Origin: Callorhinchus milii
Taxonomy: Eukaryota
Assembly (NCBI RefSeq): GCF_018977255.1
Contig: NW_024704742.1
Location: 64,048,001-64,112,000 of the forward strand
DNA length: 64,000 bases
Reading direction: 5' to 3'
The notes beneath the pieces are model-generated. The model was not told where the DNA came from, did no database searches, and worked only from the letters and a program-made list of their open reading frames with translations. Below, in pieces: positions 62,491-64,000 of this stretch (the first letter of the stretch is position 1; the number at the start of each line of letters is the position of its first letter). The position numbers were made by a program, and so were the translations under genes.

Positions 62491-63427
62491 TACATTCAGC
62501 TGGTGGGAAACAATGGGAAAGAGGTAGATGTGTACCAAGGAGAAAGGCATCATCTGCAGTAAAAAAAACATCCACCATAGAACTCCACCCAAAATAGGAA
62601 AACTTCCAACTCTAGCAAGAAACTGGCACCTCACTGCATCATGTTTTAAATCAGTAACAATGCCCCATGAATATGCAGAATATGCTTATAATAACAATAA
62701 TAGACCTTGAGTTTGATATACTGTCTTTCATGTTGGAAAGACTTTTCGAAGTGCTTCACAGGATTTTACTGTAGCGTGTTGTGTCTGGCCTGGCTTCAAA
62801 CTACACCATTGTTAAGAGCTCCGAGACGCTACCCTGCTTGAAGGGCACTATAGAAGTGCAAGTTGTGCTGTATTTTGCAGGGAAACTAGCAGCCAGTTTG
62901 CGCATAGCAATGTCCCACAAACAGCCATAAAGTGAAAGTTTATGTGGAACTTCACCTCACCCAACCTCTCAATGTACTGACACCATCAATGAGCAACACC
63001 TCGTGGTGACCACAATTGGGAGAATGACTGTCAACACACCTCGATCTTGTTATACTGTTTCACATTATCTACAGATACCACAGATTGGCGCTCTTTAGAA
63101 TTTGCTCAAGTATTTTTGCTATTGCATTCCATTAGAAACAATTATTGGACCGGGGAGAGTAAGATTTTGGCCATTTTTCTGTGGAATCAGCCGAGAAAAC
63201 ACGCCTTTTAATTAGGAATTACTTAGGACATATTCTTGGGTCTATCAATTTCAAAGCAAAGAAATCTGTTGCCTATAAACATATCGCCGTCTTGCCTATA
63301 AAAATATGCAGTCACTGCAGTCTACAGTAAATCCTGTGAAGTACTTTAAGACGGTTTATTCTTATCTCAACAAAAAACAAAATGGCAGTGAGAACGTTTC
63401 AGTCGGAAACCAGGACTCTGAGATGAA

Positions 63428-63447
63428 CACTGCCACCTAGTGTCTGC
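63428..63447 (-). promoter_or_regulatory. CTCF-like motif
   Basis: Minus strand GCAGACACTAGGTGGCAGTG. Core ACACTAGGTGGCAG is one mismatch from consensus. Motif match only. Confidence 0.4.
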
Positions 63448-64000
63448 TTCGTGTTCACACTGACTTGTATCAACTATCACAGAACCGCAAGATTAGGTCA
63501 GATGAACCTTCAGCCCATCTGATCTCATCCCTCCAGAACACTCACCCTGCTGTCCTCCCAGAACAGTACAAGCTGTTTTGTAAATGAGTCCAGTGTCCTG
63601 GCCTCAACTATCTTTCTTGGTATCCTGTTCCAGTTATTTTCTTACACACTTGGTAAAGAAAAACTTTCTCCAGATAATCTCAATTTGTCTCATGCTGCAA
63701 TTACCTTGTTTATAAGCAAAATCAAAGATCATTCTTTTGTTTTCCTCTTGTAGATAAAAGAAAATTAGATTTGGATTGGATTAGACTATTAAATCTATAC
63801 ATGTATCTATATAAATTTGATTTGGAAAGGGCAAGAGCTTCCAATTTACAGCTACAAATTGTAAATCCCACCAATATTGCCTGTCTTATTTCTTCTGCAT
63901 CAGAATCAAATCTTTTCAGATGTATTCAATCGGATATGTGCTCACAACTCATCAAAACACAACACAATTTATGTTACGAACAGCAATAAATACAGAAAAC

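Overview
Eukaryotic, repeat-dominated intronic or intergenic DNA. The repeat set (CR1 LINEs with (TTCTTATG)n tails, young C-rich L2 LINEs, tRNA-derived SINEs with L2-type tails, SacSINE1/Deu-domain-like SINEs) points to a cartilaginous fish, possibly a chimaera. That assignment is inference from remembered consensus features. No host protein-coding gene, rRNA, genuine tRNA or CRISPR array can be supported. Every recognisable ORF is a frameshifted transposable-element fragment: CR1/L2 endonuclease or reverse transcriptase, a CR1 ORF1 esterase, or a Harbinger transposase. The most unusual features are: (1) a precisely spaced GC-box/TATA/Inr/splice-donor cassette with an 83-bp terminal redundancy just upstream of a single-ORF L2; (2) a low-copy repeat whose 30-bp core and a 66-bp segment lie in opposite orientations in different copies; (3) a ~120-bp, ~90% identical inverted repeat pair ~3.9 kb apart; (4) an internally inverted Harbinger transposase fossil; (5) a near-perfect ~390-bp dispersed duplication. 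I found no convincing new multi-gene system. Repeat boundaries were set by eye and are approximate.
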